Positions 1 to 8,502 are shown, numbered from the stretch's first letter. The stretch: DNA of 51,712 nucleotides from a virus (IMGVR_UViG_3300037608_000248:1-51712), one strand, 5' to 3'. The notes: generated by a model from the letters alone, not told the origin. Numbers and translations: made by a program.

Positions 1-312
1 CTTTATGTTAAATCCACAAAACATACAATAAGTTCCAGGATATTCTCTGGTGCTACCGTAACCAGAAAACTCATCGCCACTTAAAGTAAAGCAAAGATGC
101 TGTTCTTGTTCGGAGAAATCTAGAATATAAGTGTTAAGTTCATCACCATTTTTTATAAAATTTAATTTTAATGATTTCAAAACATCAATAAGTATTTCTA
201 TATCTATCAATTTTATTAAAGAGTTTTTAATGTCTTCAAAATAAGGTATAAATATTCTTTTAAAAACTATCCTTTCTATTATCGTGAGCTTTGATGCTTG
301 CTTCAATGACAT
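1..312 (-). CDS. Hypothetical AT-rich protein, truncated at window edge
   Basis: Read by hand: ATG at 312, MSLKQASKLTIIERIVFKRIFIPYFEDIK..., open to base 1; purine-rich RBS upstream. Confidence 0.6.
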   Translation of the reverse strand, partial: MSLKQASKLTIIERIVFKRIFIPYFEDIKNSLIKLIDIEILIDVLKSLKLNFIKNGDELNTYILDFSEQEQHLCFTLSGDEFSGYGSTREYPGTYCMFCGFNIK

Positions 313-340
313 CTCCCACCCTTTTTACCCTTTTTTTTAC

Positions 341-550
341 CTATTTCAAATTCCCCATCTTTTCAATGTAGAACAGGGCCTGATATTGCTTTGCCTTGAT
401 GTCTTGTCGTAGCTGGTCACGATCAGGCCCCGGTTCCATTAGGTTAACCTTACGCTTAAGTGAAGCGATCTGTTCAGAAAGTGCTTGGGTTTCCTGAATG
501 AGATCTAATATATTTTCAGTTGGTTTGGTCATCTCATTTTCTCTAATCAC
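341..550 (-). CDS. Small coiled-coil hypothetical protein
   Basis: 69-aa ORF overlapping the end of the RM gene; true start may be MTKPT. Confidence 0.55.
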   Translation of the reverse strand: MIRENEMTKPTENILDLIQETQALSEQIASLKRKVNLMEPGPDRDQLRQDIKAKQYQALFYIEKMGNLK

Positions 551-3245
551 TCTCTACCAATTTTTGATACCGCTTCATTAAATCTGCAACTCTTTCGGCT
601 TCGGTGGTGAAGCCTGGGCCACCGTAGGCGGCGACAACAGCCCTATCAAGATTGTTGTGGGCCTTTGTTAATTCGGGTGGCGTTGTTAGAGGATCATAAA
701 GATCGGCCAATGAACTTTCCGGATAAAGATCCCTTGCATCAAGCACCTGCTGCGCCGCTGATTCAATAGCCCCTTTTTGTTTCCCTGTTGGCTCCGGCCA
801 GGGGAAGTTGTTATAAACCAAGGTGTTAGAGTAACGATAATCGCTTTTTAGGCGACCACAAACTGTTTTTACCCATATCATATGAATGGATGAGGTAATT
901 ATACCAAAATGATAAAGAGTAGCCCCGGGTAGTGTAAAAAGTGCATTGCTTGCGATAATTTTGTTATTAACAAAACCGATTGGTATATACTTTCTGTTTT
1001 GTGATGAAGTGCAAGGTATTGCTATATAATCACAATCGGGCTGCCTTATTTCTCCAAACAGTGCTGGAGTTGCTGCTAATCGCTGGGTGGCTTCTCGCTT
1101 ACTTGAATCCCTGTGTAACCGCACCTTTTCTATTATTTCAAGAAGTTTTGCAGATTTTTTAATTTCAGTTGGGCTAGCTTTTACTAACCAAATGCACCAT
1201 CTATTAGTTTTATGGATATAGTCTGATCCGCTTATGAATTTTCGAATGTATTGCTCTAACCCTGGATTTTCACTAACGATACTCTTCTTAATGTCTTCCT
1301 CTATTATTAAATGGCCACCATCGTTAGGCATGCTTCCAAAAAACATCTCAGGAACGTCGCAAAGAGGTTTAGATCTATTAGAGATAAATATATTCGGCGC
1401 ATCAACTAAATAAGGATTTATATTATTTGCTGCAACAAACTCTTCACCTTGAGTAAATATGGTCTTTGTCCTGCTATCGGTGTAAGCACGAAAACCGACA
1501 ATCACACAATGCACAGCAGCTTTACCTCTTGCTTCGTTATCCCATCTAAATGTGCGATAGGCAAAGCGTATGTCGATGGCATATTGTTCAATTAAGGGTT
1601 TCCATAAAATTGGCACTTGCAAGCCTTGTGAAATTGAATTTGTGGAAACGAAGGCAATTTCAATCTTTGTTGAATGGATATAATTAGCTGCTTTAAAATA
1701 CCAAGACGTTACATAGTCAAGATTATTAAAGCTTTTAATTGTGCCAAATACGGTGGCGATATCTTCCTTCTGATTTGAATTCATTAATCTCGCACCGACA
1801 AAAGGTGGATTGCCCAGGATATAGTTCAGCTGGTTTTTCGGCACAACATTTTCCCAATCAATCCTTAATGCATTACCATGAACAATTGTGGCTGAATGAT
1901 CTAAAGGTAACCTGGCAAAATAGAGGCCAAAATGTTCACTCACCAGCATGTTCATCTGGTGATCAATTAACCACATGCCGACAACGGCAATCTGGCAGGG
2001 GAACTCTTCATATTCGATGCCGTAAAACTGGTCCACATTGACTTTACAGTATTCTGTAATATCCATGACCATCTGGCCGCCGGTATCGATAAGCATTTTT
2101 AGTAATTCTAATTCCAGCAGGCGCAGCTCTTTGTAAGCGATAATCAGGAAGTTACCGCAGCCGCAAGCCGGATCAAGAAAGGTTAGCTTACTGAGTTTTT
2201 CGTGGAAGAATTGAAGCTGTTTGCTGTTGCCTTTTACCCGTTCGAATTCCTCCCACAGTTCATCTAAGAATAGCGGCTTTATAACCTTCATGATGTTTTC
2301 TTCGCTGGTGTAGTGTGCGCCCAGGGCGCGGCGTTCCTCCGGATTCATAACCCCTTGGAACATGGCGCCGAAGATAGCAGGCGAAATATAGCCCCAATCA
2401 AAAGTGCAGCACTCTAAAAGAATGGTGCGCATTTTGCGGTTGAAATCAGCAAAAGGTAGGCGTTCTCGGAAGAGGGTGCCATCAATATATGCAAACCTTT
2501 TGAGCTCTTCCGGTAACATGGTTTGCTTGTCCCGCTCTTCTTGTGGTGTATCGAGTAATTCAAAAAGGCGGGCTATTCTCGACGATAAATCTGAGCCGTC
2601 TTCTTTCGAGTTGTTGATGTAGTCGAAGAAAATGTTTTTCTCAAAGATGCCAGTATCATCGGCAAAGAGGCAAAAGAGCAAGCGGACCAGGTAAACCTCA
2701 AGCGCGTGGCCGGTATAGCCGTGGTCGCGCAGAATATCATGCAGCCTGGCCATCTTTTCTGCAGCTTTAACATCTACTTCTTTGCTTACATTGGTAATGG
2801 TGGTCGCTTTATAACCAGCCAGATCGGCAAAGAGTTTAACGTTTTTATGAAGTTGAGAGGTTTTGAAGTTCCATATCTGGCCAGTGCTGAGGCGGTATAG
2901 GCGGATGTTTTGAAAATCACAAACCATTATATAATCGGGCAAGTCTTCATTTTCGAGATGGAAAGCATAATCTTTTGCCTGGGTGTAAGCACGATCTAAG
3001 CTTTTACCGGCAGATTTCATTTCTACAAGGATAACGCCTTTCCAAATCAGATCAATATAACCTGAGCGGTCAGCGCTCATCGGTACCTTTGTTTCGAAAG
3101 TGCCAACTCGTTTGCGATCAATGCCGAAAACACCAAAAAAGTCATTTAGAAAACTTTGGGCTTCTGAGGCTTCGTCGGTTGCATCTTTCCATTTTTTTGA
3201 GAAGGCTAAGGCATTTGCTTTAATGTCTATCCAGGGGAGTGGCAC
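543..3245 (-). CDS. MmeI-like (type IIL/IIG) fused restriction endonuclease-adenine methyltransferase
   Basis: N-terminal E..EAQSF.NDFF..FG and IDLIWKG..LVEMKS nuclease; GAHYTS, LDPACGCGNFL (motif I), GNPPF (motif IV); C-terminal RLKSDYRYSN..VYNNFPWP. Confidence 0.9.
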   Translation of the reverse strand: MPLPWIDIKANALAFSKKWKDATDEASEAQSFLNDFFGVFGIDRKRVGTFETKVPMSADRSGYIDLIWKGVILVEMKSAGKSLDRAYTQAKDYAFHLENEDLPDYIMVCDFQNIRLYRLSTGQIWNFKTSQLHKNVKLFADLAGYKATTITNVSKEVDVKAAEKMARLHDILRDHGYTGHALEVYLVRLLFCLFADDTGIFEKNIFFDYINNSKEDGSDLSSRIARLFELLDTPQEERDKQTMLPEELKRFAYIDGTLFRERLPFADFNRKMRTILLECCTFDWGYISPAIFGAMFQGVMNPEERRALGAHYTSEENIMKVIKPLFLDELWEEFERVKGNSKQLQFFHEKLSKLTFLDPACGCGNFLIIAYKELRLLELELLKMLIDTGGQMVMDITEYCKVNVDQFYGIEYEEFPCQIAVVGMWLIDHQMNMLVSEHFGLYFARLPLDHSATIVHGNALRIDWENVVPKNQLNYILGNPPFVGARLMNSNQKEDIATVFGTIKSFNNLDYVTSWYFKAANYIHSTKIEIAFVSTNSISQGLQVPILWKPLIEQYAIDIRFAYRTFRWDNEARGKAAVHCVIVGFRAYTDSRTKTIFTQGEEFVAANNINPYLVDAPNIFISNRSKPLCDVPEMFFGSMPNDGGHLIIEEDIKKSIVSENPGLEQYIRKFISGSDYIHKTNRWCIWLVKASPTEIKKSAKLLEIIEKVRLHRDSSKREATQRLAATPALFGEIRQPDCDYIAIPCTSSQNRKYIPIGFVNNKIIASNALFTLPGATLYHFGIITSSIHMIWVKTVCGRLKSDYRYSNTLVYNNFPWPEPTGKQKGAIESAAQQVLDARDLYPESSLADLYDPLTTPPELTKAHNNLDRAVVAAYGGPGFTTEAERVADLMKRYQKLVESD

Positions 3246-3277
3246 AGTTTCAGCTCCTACTCAATTTTAAGTATTGT

Positions 3278-3775
3278 TCATTCACCGTATATAACTTTTT
3301 TGGCAGTTGAGCTTAAAACATCAACCAAGATATCCTTAAAAATACCATAAGTTTCACTGCCTACCTTTAGCATAATCTTTTTAAACTTAGTTGCCTCAAG
3401 CTGGGTTTTAGGGTTATCAGAAACTAAGTATTCAATTGAATTCTGTAAGGTTTCTTTTTCTTCATCCGTTAAACTATCAAGTTCTAAGGCAAGCTCTTTT
3501 GCCGCTTTCACTTTTTCGTTGGTCCACGGATAAGGTTGTCCGCATTCGATACAAAAAGAAGGAGCCTCTAACGTCTGAGTAGATAAACACACAATACCAT
3601 CTACGTGATATTCGCCTCTTATGTCATTTTCGCAATTTGGGCATTTAGTAATCGTTTTAGCGCCACATTTTTTACAGTAGTTTTGACGGAATTGAGGGTT
3701 TTTACTATAAGATTCATTTGTTACATGTCCGTTCAAACATATCTGTGCTATGTCATAATAACCCACCGAAATCAC
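3278..3775 (-). CDS. DUF2321-like zinc-ribbon protein
   Basis: YDIAQICLNGH, CKKCG, CPNC, PSFCIECGQPYPW pattern. Confidence 0.75.
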   Translation of the reverse strand: MISVGYYDIAQICLNGHVTNESYSKNPQFRQNYCKKCGAKTITKCPNCENDIRGEYHVDGIVCLSTQTLEAPSFCIECGQPYPWTNEKVKAAKELALELDSLTDEEKETLQNSIEYLVSDNPKTQLEATKFKKIMLKVGSETYGIFKDILVDVLSSTAKKVIYGE

Positions 3776-3809
3776 TCCTGATCATTTATTTTTTATTATC
3801 CAATCGAGC

Positions 3810-4517
3810 TTAATCTCTTTTATATTTGTGAAAAGGAATAACTTTATCGGCTTCTAACAGATCTTCTGTTACGGATACACTGACATCGCTTTTATTAGAC
3901 ACTCCGGAATATGAATCTTTGCATCGAATAGCATCATACATTTCAGGCGATATCTCTTCTGGAAGATCATCAATTACTTCATAGAAATCCTTTGCGTTAA
4001 AAAGAGGGCAAAGATCGGCCCGGGAAATGTAGAGACAGTTTTCAAATAGCTGCTTGATGTGTTGTTTGTCGATTGTCCAGTTACCGTTTGAGTTTAAATA
4101 GCTGTAAGTCAGCCAATGCCGGGTGGGATTGATGATCCGGATCTGCTTGCATCTTGTTAACTTACGTTCGACGAAGTCAGCCCGGCCCATGTATTTATCA
4201 CCATAAGGTTGGCAATGAGCTTCCTGGTGGAGTAGATTAACTGCTTGTTTCCAACAGTTATAAATGTTACCTATTTTATAAATATCTCTGCTGCTGTAGG
4301 GTTTGCCGCCAACAGTTAAAACAGAACTCTTCCAGCCGCATACTATTTTATAGAGTTGTTCAAAATCCGGAAAGCTTGAGATATCATAAGCGCAGGTATA
4401 TATGGCTTCTTTGCCTTCACCTGCCACACTGTGGCTGTCAGCACGTCTAGCCAGGGTGACCGCAAGGTCATGATTGGGAGAAGTGCTGTAAGAGAATTTA
4501 AGAGAAATCATGGTCAC
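3810..4517 (-). CDS. Hypothetical protein, translationally coupled to 4514-4888
   Basis: 235-aa ORF; GTGA start/stop overlap with the upstream gene. Confidence 0.75.
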   Translation of the reverse strand: MTMISLKFSYSTSPNHDLAVTLARRADSHSVAGEGKEAIYTCAYDISSFPDFEQLYKIVCGWKSSVLTVGGKPYSSRDIYKIGNIYNCWKQAVNLLHQEAHCQPYGDKYMGRADFVERKLTRCKQIRIINPTRHWLTYSYLNSNGNWTIDKQHIKQLFENCLYISRADLCPLFNAKDFYEVIDDLPEEISPEMYDAIRCKDSYSGVSNKSDVSVSVTEDLLEADKVIPFHKYKRD

Positions 4518-4888
4518 CTATCCTCTATTAACTCTTTAGCTTCCTTGAGTTGCTCAAGGCGTTTTGCTTCTTCGCTAATTTGAACAAGCAGCTCATTTGA
4601 TCTGGATTGTTCTTCCTCTGTGAGATTATCTTTCTCGGATAGATCAGTATATTCGCTTATTAAAGTAGCTATTATTTCTTCAGATTCTTTAACCATTCCC
4701 TCCATAACGGCAGCAGAGGTTTCATTGAAAGAATCAGAAGCTATCTGTTCAAATGTCCGGTAGTCGTAACTGCTCATTCTTTTTGTTTCGTTGATATAAA
4801 AAACAACAACAATGACTGCTATAATTACCACCGATCCAATAATTGCATAAGTAATATAATTAGGGGAATTTTTTGGGCTTTCAGTCAC
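4514..4888 (-). CDS. Single-pass membrane protein homologous to an internal tape measure segment (putative superinfection exclusion / TMP mimic)
   Basis: AGGAGG RBS; TM helix aa ~11-31; aa 40-58 match TMP aa 514-532 at 15/19; aa 83-93 match TMP 561-571 at 8/11. Function is inferred. Confidence 0.8.
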   Translation of the reverse strand: MTESPKNSPNYITYAIIGSVVIIAVIVVVFYINETKRMSSYDYRTFEQIASDSFNETSAAVMEGMVKESEEIIATLISEYTDLSEKDNLTEEEQSRSNELLVQISEEAKRLEQLKEAKELIEDR

Positions 4889-4974
4889 AATAATCCTCCT
4901 TGTAAATTGGCTTAAAATGCAAACCTATAATTATTTACTATCGATTCTGCCAAACTTAGTTATTGGGATACATC

Positions 4975-5388
4975 TCAGCCTCTGTTGTAAATCCATGAAC
5001 ATGTGCCGATAAACTCTTCGGTTACATCGAAATGCTCTGCCAGCTCGTGGATGCTTCTATGCCCGGCCAGAACAGCCCTGTATAGTAGGTGCCGGGGAAC
5101 AAGGTAGTTTGCTGCCCAGCGAAGGGCCAGCTTGTCATATTTGTTATAAACAATGCGGTCTGTTTGGGCAAAAGCCATCATATTCCTGGCGCAGGTAAAA
5201 TGATGGCCAAGCTCTTCAGCTAAGATGCAGCGTAATAACTTGCGGCTTTTCCGGGTTTTTTCGTGGAGTAAGATCATCGGTTGCTCGCCCGGGCGCGAGT
5301 CGTATAAACCAAGCAGGGGGGCCGGAAGGTAAGCAAATTTGACCCCGATACCTTCAGCTGCTGCTATTTTGAATAAGCAGTCGGGCAT
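4975..5388 (-). CDS. ImmA/IrrE-family metallopeptidase (anti-repressor protease)
   Basis: LAEELGHH motif, A..WAANYLVP, C-terminal ELAEHFDVT HTH; same arm as an ImmR-like repressor. Confidence 0.85.
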   Translation of the reverse strand: MPDCLFKIAAAEGIGVKFAYLPAPLLGLYDSRPGEQPMILLHEKTRKSRKLLRCILAEELGHHFTCARNMMAFAQTDRIVYNKYDKLALRWAANYLVPRHLLYRAVLAGHRSIHELAEHFDVTEEFIGTCSWIYNRG

Positions 5389-5419
5389 AGAATATACCTT
5401 TCAATCAGTGTCCTTTAAT

Positions 5420-6346
5420 CTAAAGTATTTCATTTAGATGCCATGAAGTTTTTTCTTTATTCAGGGCGTGGTTAATAATGGTTGATTTGCTCAATAGTAA
5501 TTTCGATTCGATGTCTAAGGCATTGCCTGCTTTCTTAATAACACCGTATAGAGCTTTTCCACTGATAATTGAATCATCATTTAGTATGGCTTCAAATGTG
5601 CCTCGACGAATGTTAATCCCGGTAATTCGGCCTGAAGTTATAGTGTCCTCTGAGACAATTTCTTCGATATTTACTAGGTTACTGATTATTTTGGGTATTT
5701 CTTCGTGCTTGATATCCCATGTATAAAACCCAGAATAGCTGTTATCCCATTTAATGCTAACGTTTATTTTATTCTTGTTGATATACTCTAAAAAGTTTTT
5801 ATAGCTAATTATTGCCCTGGAGCCTAAGTCCGCGGCTTGTTGTAAGATAATATCTGGATCGTTTCCAGCATGCAGCAAGTCATAAATTCTAGTCATGGTG
5901 CTAGTGATTAGGGGTTCACTGATAGACAGTTGATCATCGTGGTAATTTTCAAGCTCTATGCCAAGCGACCCTTCGAAGCTCCTTTTAAAATATAATTGGG
6001 TTTGATCTATTACATGCGTGGGTATTCTGCCCATTTTAGCAGGTGTTTTGCTTAACGATAGAGCGATTACATTTGTCATCAATTGAAACTGGGATAAGAT
6101 ATCTGAAAGAACATTGATTGACACCTTGTTATCAAGCACTGTATTGCCTGATAAAACGAATATGAACTTATCTTTGTCCTTTAGCTCAAATAGCCTTTTT
6201 CTTTCTTCTTTAAGCTCATCAAGTCTATTTTCAATAGACATGCGAGATAGATCCATTATGTCTGATTCGTTCTTAGGGATGGAAGACAAAATATTAATGG
6301 TGTCATTAATTTTTCTTTCAATTGCAACCAGGGGCGAATTATCCAT
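5420..6346 (-). CDS. Hypothetical protein, partner of the nucleotidyltransferase-like gene
   Basis: 308-aa AT-rich ORF overlapping 6339-6830 by 8 nt. Confidence 0.75.
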   Translation of the reverse strand: MDNSPLVAIERKINDTINILSSIPKNESDIMDLSRMSIENRLDELKEERKRLFELKDKDKFIFVLSGNTVLDNKVSINVLSDILSQFQLMTNVIALSLSKTPAKMGRIPTHVIDQTQLYFKRSFEGSLGIELENYHDDQLSISEPLITSTMTRIYDLLHAGNDPDIILQQAADLGSRAIISYKNFLEYINKNKINVSIKWDNSYSGFYTWDIKHEEIPKIISNLVNIEEIVSEDTITSGRITGINIRRGTFEAILNDDSIISGKALYGVIKKAGNALDIESKLLLSKSTIINHALNKEKTSWHLNEIL

Positions 6347-6830
6347 TGTTAAGCCCTCCCAAGCCCTTGATTACTTCGTCTTGGCCCATAACAATTATTC
6401 CTTTGGGAACATCTTTTCTATCGTAGCCAAATTGCCCGCGTAGATAGTTTCTGTGGTTTATTTCATCGTTACTTGATTGCTTGTCTATCATTGTACTACA
6501 TAAAACATCACAGTAATAGCCTTTGCAGCAAGATATTAATTGATAAAAATTATTTTTTTGTTCAGGTGTCAGCTGCAAATTCCTGTTATAAAATATAGCA
6601 ACATCTACATCATTAGGGTTAATTTTATTAGTCGTGAAGCTACCATCAAGCCATAATTCGACTGGTACGGCTATTTGTGATAACATGCTTAGCCATTCAA
6701 AGGATTTGAGATAAACTATTGGCCTTTTTTGCGAGAAAGCAAACTGGTCCACGAATTGAGAGTAAAATTCCTCGTGAGTATAATTGTGCAGCCCAGGCGG
6801 CAAATAACCATTGTTATTAAATTCGATCAT
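6339..6830 (-). CDS. DUF6932-like, pol-beta-superfamily nucleotidyltransferase
   Basis: FNNNGYLPPGLH N-terminus; WLDGSFTTNK.NPNDVD (GS...DxD) motif. Confidence 0.7.
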   Translation of the reverse strand: MIEFNNNGYLPPGLHNYTHEEFYSQFVDQFAFSQKRPIVYLKSFEWLSMLSQIAVPVELWLDGSFTTNKINPNDVDVAIFYNRNLQLTPEQKNNFYQLISCCKGYYCDVLCSTMIDKQSSNDEINHRNYLRGQFGYDRKDVPKGIIVMGQDEVIKGLGGLNNG

Positions 6831-6858
6831 AAATTGACCTCAACTTAATAATTGCTTC

Positions 6859-6888
6859 TCACCCTTTCCCCTTCTTCATCTCTTCCCG
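6859..6888 (-). repeat. Duplicated 3' end of the repressor gene
   Basis: accctttccccttcttcat identical at 6861-6879 and 8154-8172; reads REEMKKGKG* vs repressor REDMKKGKG*. Confidence 0.8.
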
Positions 6889-6926
6889 GGGTCTTGCGGG
6901 TCATTACTCTTATAGCTATTGCTTAA

Positions 6927-7382
6927 TTATTCAGTTTCGAAGGGTGACTCTTCTGTAACCCTATTTAACATCATTTCCGTTGACCTATACAGAGTATCCA
7001 AACCACTTTCGAAATTACTTAACGAAGATTGATAGTCTTTTTCTTCGTAAGCGTTGATACCTTCTTCGAGCAGATCAATTCCCGCTAAAAACCTTCCGTA
7101 TAGATCTCTTAGCATATCTGGTGGTTCCTTGCTTCTCGCATTCTCTATTTGCAATTTTAGGTGATCGATATCCGCTTCTGCTTCATCTGAAGAAGGGAGA
7201 GATATCTCTTCTAACAAAGCAAGTAATCCATATTCCTTTGATGACAAGAAATTAAAAGCTTCAACCCATTCGTCAAGAGCTTCTTCTTCGGTGTTGTTCG
7301 TCTTAGAATCACTACAACCGATCACAAGAAGGATTAGGATCATTAAAAATAATAATGATGCTGTTCTTCGCAATTTGAACAC
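6927..7382 (-). CDS. Acidic lipoprotein
   Basis: Basic N-terminus, hydrophobic stretch, lipobox LVIG-C; very acidic helical body. Confidence 0.8.
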   Translation of the reverse strand: MFKLRRTASLLFLMILILLVIGCSDSKTNNTEEEALDEWVEAFNFLSSKEYGLLALLEEISLPSSDEAEADIDHLKLQIENARSKEPPDMLRDLYGRFLAGIDLLEEGINAYEEKDYQSSLSNFESGLDTLYRSTEMMLNRVTEESPFETE

Positions 7383-7443
7383 CTCGTTGCTGACTGGACG
7401 GTGATTCGTTCATGCCCGTCCTTTCAGCGTTTTTAAAATTATG

Positions 7444-7472
7444 TTGACTAATGTCAATTCATTTAGTAAACT
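7444..7472 (+). promoter_or_regulatory. Putative sigmaA promoter driving the repeat RNA
   Basis: TTGACT-17bp-TAAACT; overlaps palindrome TTGAC-TAAT-GTCAA, whose other half gives a leftward TTGACA. Confidence 0.55.
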
Positions 7473-7481
7473 GTAATTGCG

Positions 7482-7613
7482 ATAAACTCCCGTTGGTTGC
7501 ACTGCAACCTTCGGTAACAATTAACTCCCTGCGGTTGCAATGTTCAACCGTAGGCACAATTAACTCCAAGGGGTTGCGCCTTAATCGGGCTCAACCCCTT
7601 GTCCTTTCTTTTG
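7482..7613 (+). ncRNA. Putative small RNA of three A(A/T)TAACTCC-like + GGTTG/CAACC hairpin units
   Basis: Hairpins at 7490-7514, 7528-7554 and 7567-7601; G-U pairs favour the + strand; pyrimidine/U tail after the last stem. Confidence 0.55.
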
Positions 7614-8129
7614 ATGAACCCAGCAGTCATCTAAAAAGGTGCCTTCTAAAGAGATGTATTTATCGGCAACCACTTTTAGGTGGTAACATTTTTTAAAATA
7701 TGCGATTTCAACCTTGCGACCACTATCTTTAACCGCCTGAACAGCTTTAGCAAAGTCTCCATCGCCGCTAACTAATATGGCTATGTCATAATGATCCAAA
7801 AAGGCTTTTGTCACCATATCTACTGCAAGGGCAATGTCTACGCCTTTTTCAACCATGCGCCCTTCATTTCGCTGTTCCAGTCTGCCAAGTTCAACCTGAA
7901 AATCGTCAATACGATACAGCTTCGCAAAAAACTTTTGCTGATCCTTATATCTTGAAGGATCACTGCTTTGATCTATAGGGGCATTATAATAATAAGTTCT
8001 TACCAGTTCTCGGGTATCGCCAACTAAGGTTTTTACAAATTTATCAAAATCTAAATCAGTGCGGCCCATAGCATTTTTTATGCCGTAGTATAAATTAGAA
8101 CCATCAATAAATACCATAACTCGCTTCAT
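7581..8129 (-). CDS. NYN domain (LabA/DUF88, PIN-like) ribonuclease
   Basis: VFIDGSNLY, EKGVDIALAVDM, LVSGDGDF, GRKVE motifs. Confidence 0.92.
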   Translation of the reverse strand: MKRVMVFIDGSNLYYGIKNAMGRTDLDFDKFVKTLVGDTRELVRTYYYNAPIDQSSDPSRYKDQQKFFAKLYRIDDFQVELGRLEQRNEGRMVEKGVDIALAVDMVTKAFLDHYDIAILVSGDGDFAKAVQAVKDSGRKVEIAYFKKCYHLKVVADKYISLEGTFLDDCWVHQKKGQGVEPD

Positions 8130-8151
8130 ATGATACCCCCTTTTTAAATGC

Positions 8152-8478
8152 TTACCCTTTCCCCTTCTTCATATCCTCTCGGGCCCTTTTCAGTATAGCC
8201 TCTATCTCATCAAGCACATCCTCAGTGATACCTTCGGCGCCGTTTAGTGAGTGCGCTGCCTGGACTGTGGGCTGGGTGCGGTAGTCTGACCTCCCAAGCA
8301 AATAATCGGTGGAGACGTTGAAGTAGTTTGCGAGTTTAATCAGTATTTCATAATCTGGCTGTCGTTTGCCAGCTTCATATGCAGTATATGCAGGTCTAGT
8401 TATCCCCAAAAAGGTTGCAACTTCTTCTTGAGTGTATTCTTTTTCGTTACGTAGTTCCTTCAATCTTATAGGCAGCAT
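8152..8478 (-). CDS. XRE/ImmR-like phage repressor
   Basis: RLKELR..TQEEVA..LGITRPAYTAYEAGKRQPD..LA.YFNVSTDYLLGR HTH; divergent from cro. Confidence 0.9.
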   Translation of the reverse strand: MLPIRLKELRNEKEYTQEEVATFLGITRPAYTAYEAGKRQPDYEILIKLANYFNVSTDYLLGRSDYRTQPTVQAAHSLNGAEGITEDVLDEIEAILKRAREDMKKGKG

Positions 8479-8502
8479 ATTCTCTCCTTATTCACTACAT
8501 AT

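Noticed and set aside
980-2900. Plus-strand ORFs inside the RM gene, and similar antisense ORFs across the window
   Set aside because: Shadow frames of well-supported genes, with no RBS or motifs
4715-4777. Diversity-generating retroelement TR/VR pair with the TMP segment
   Set aside because: Differences are mostly synonymous and not adenine-specific; no reverse transcriptase in the window
7482-7601. CRISPR mini-array
   Set aside because: Units are variable hairpins with a short constant linker; no identical repeats with unique spacers and no cas genes
7451-7696. 81-aa plus-strand ORF over the repeat array
   Set aside because: No RBS, overlaps the NYN gene in antisense, and the RNA structure explains the sequence better
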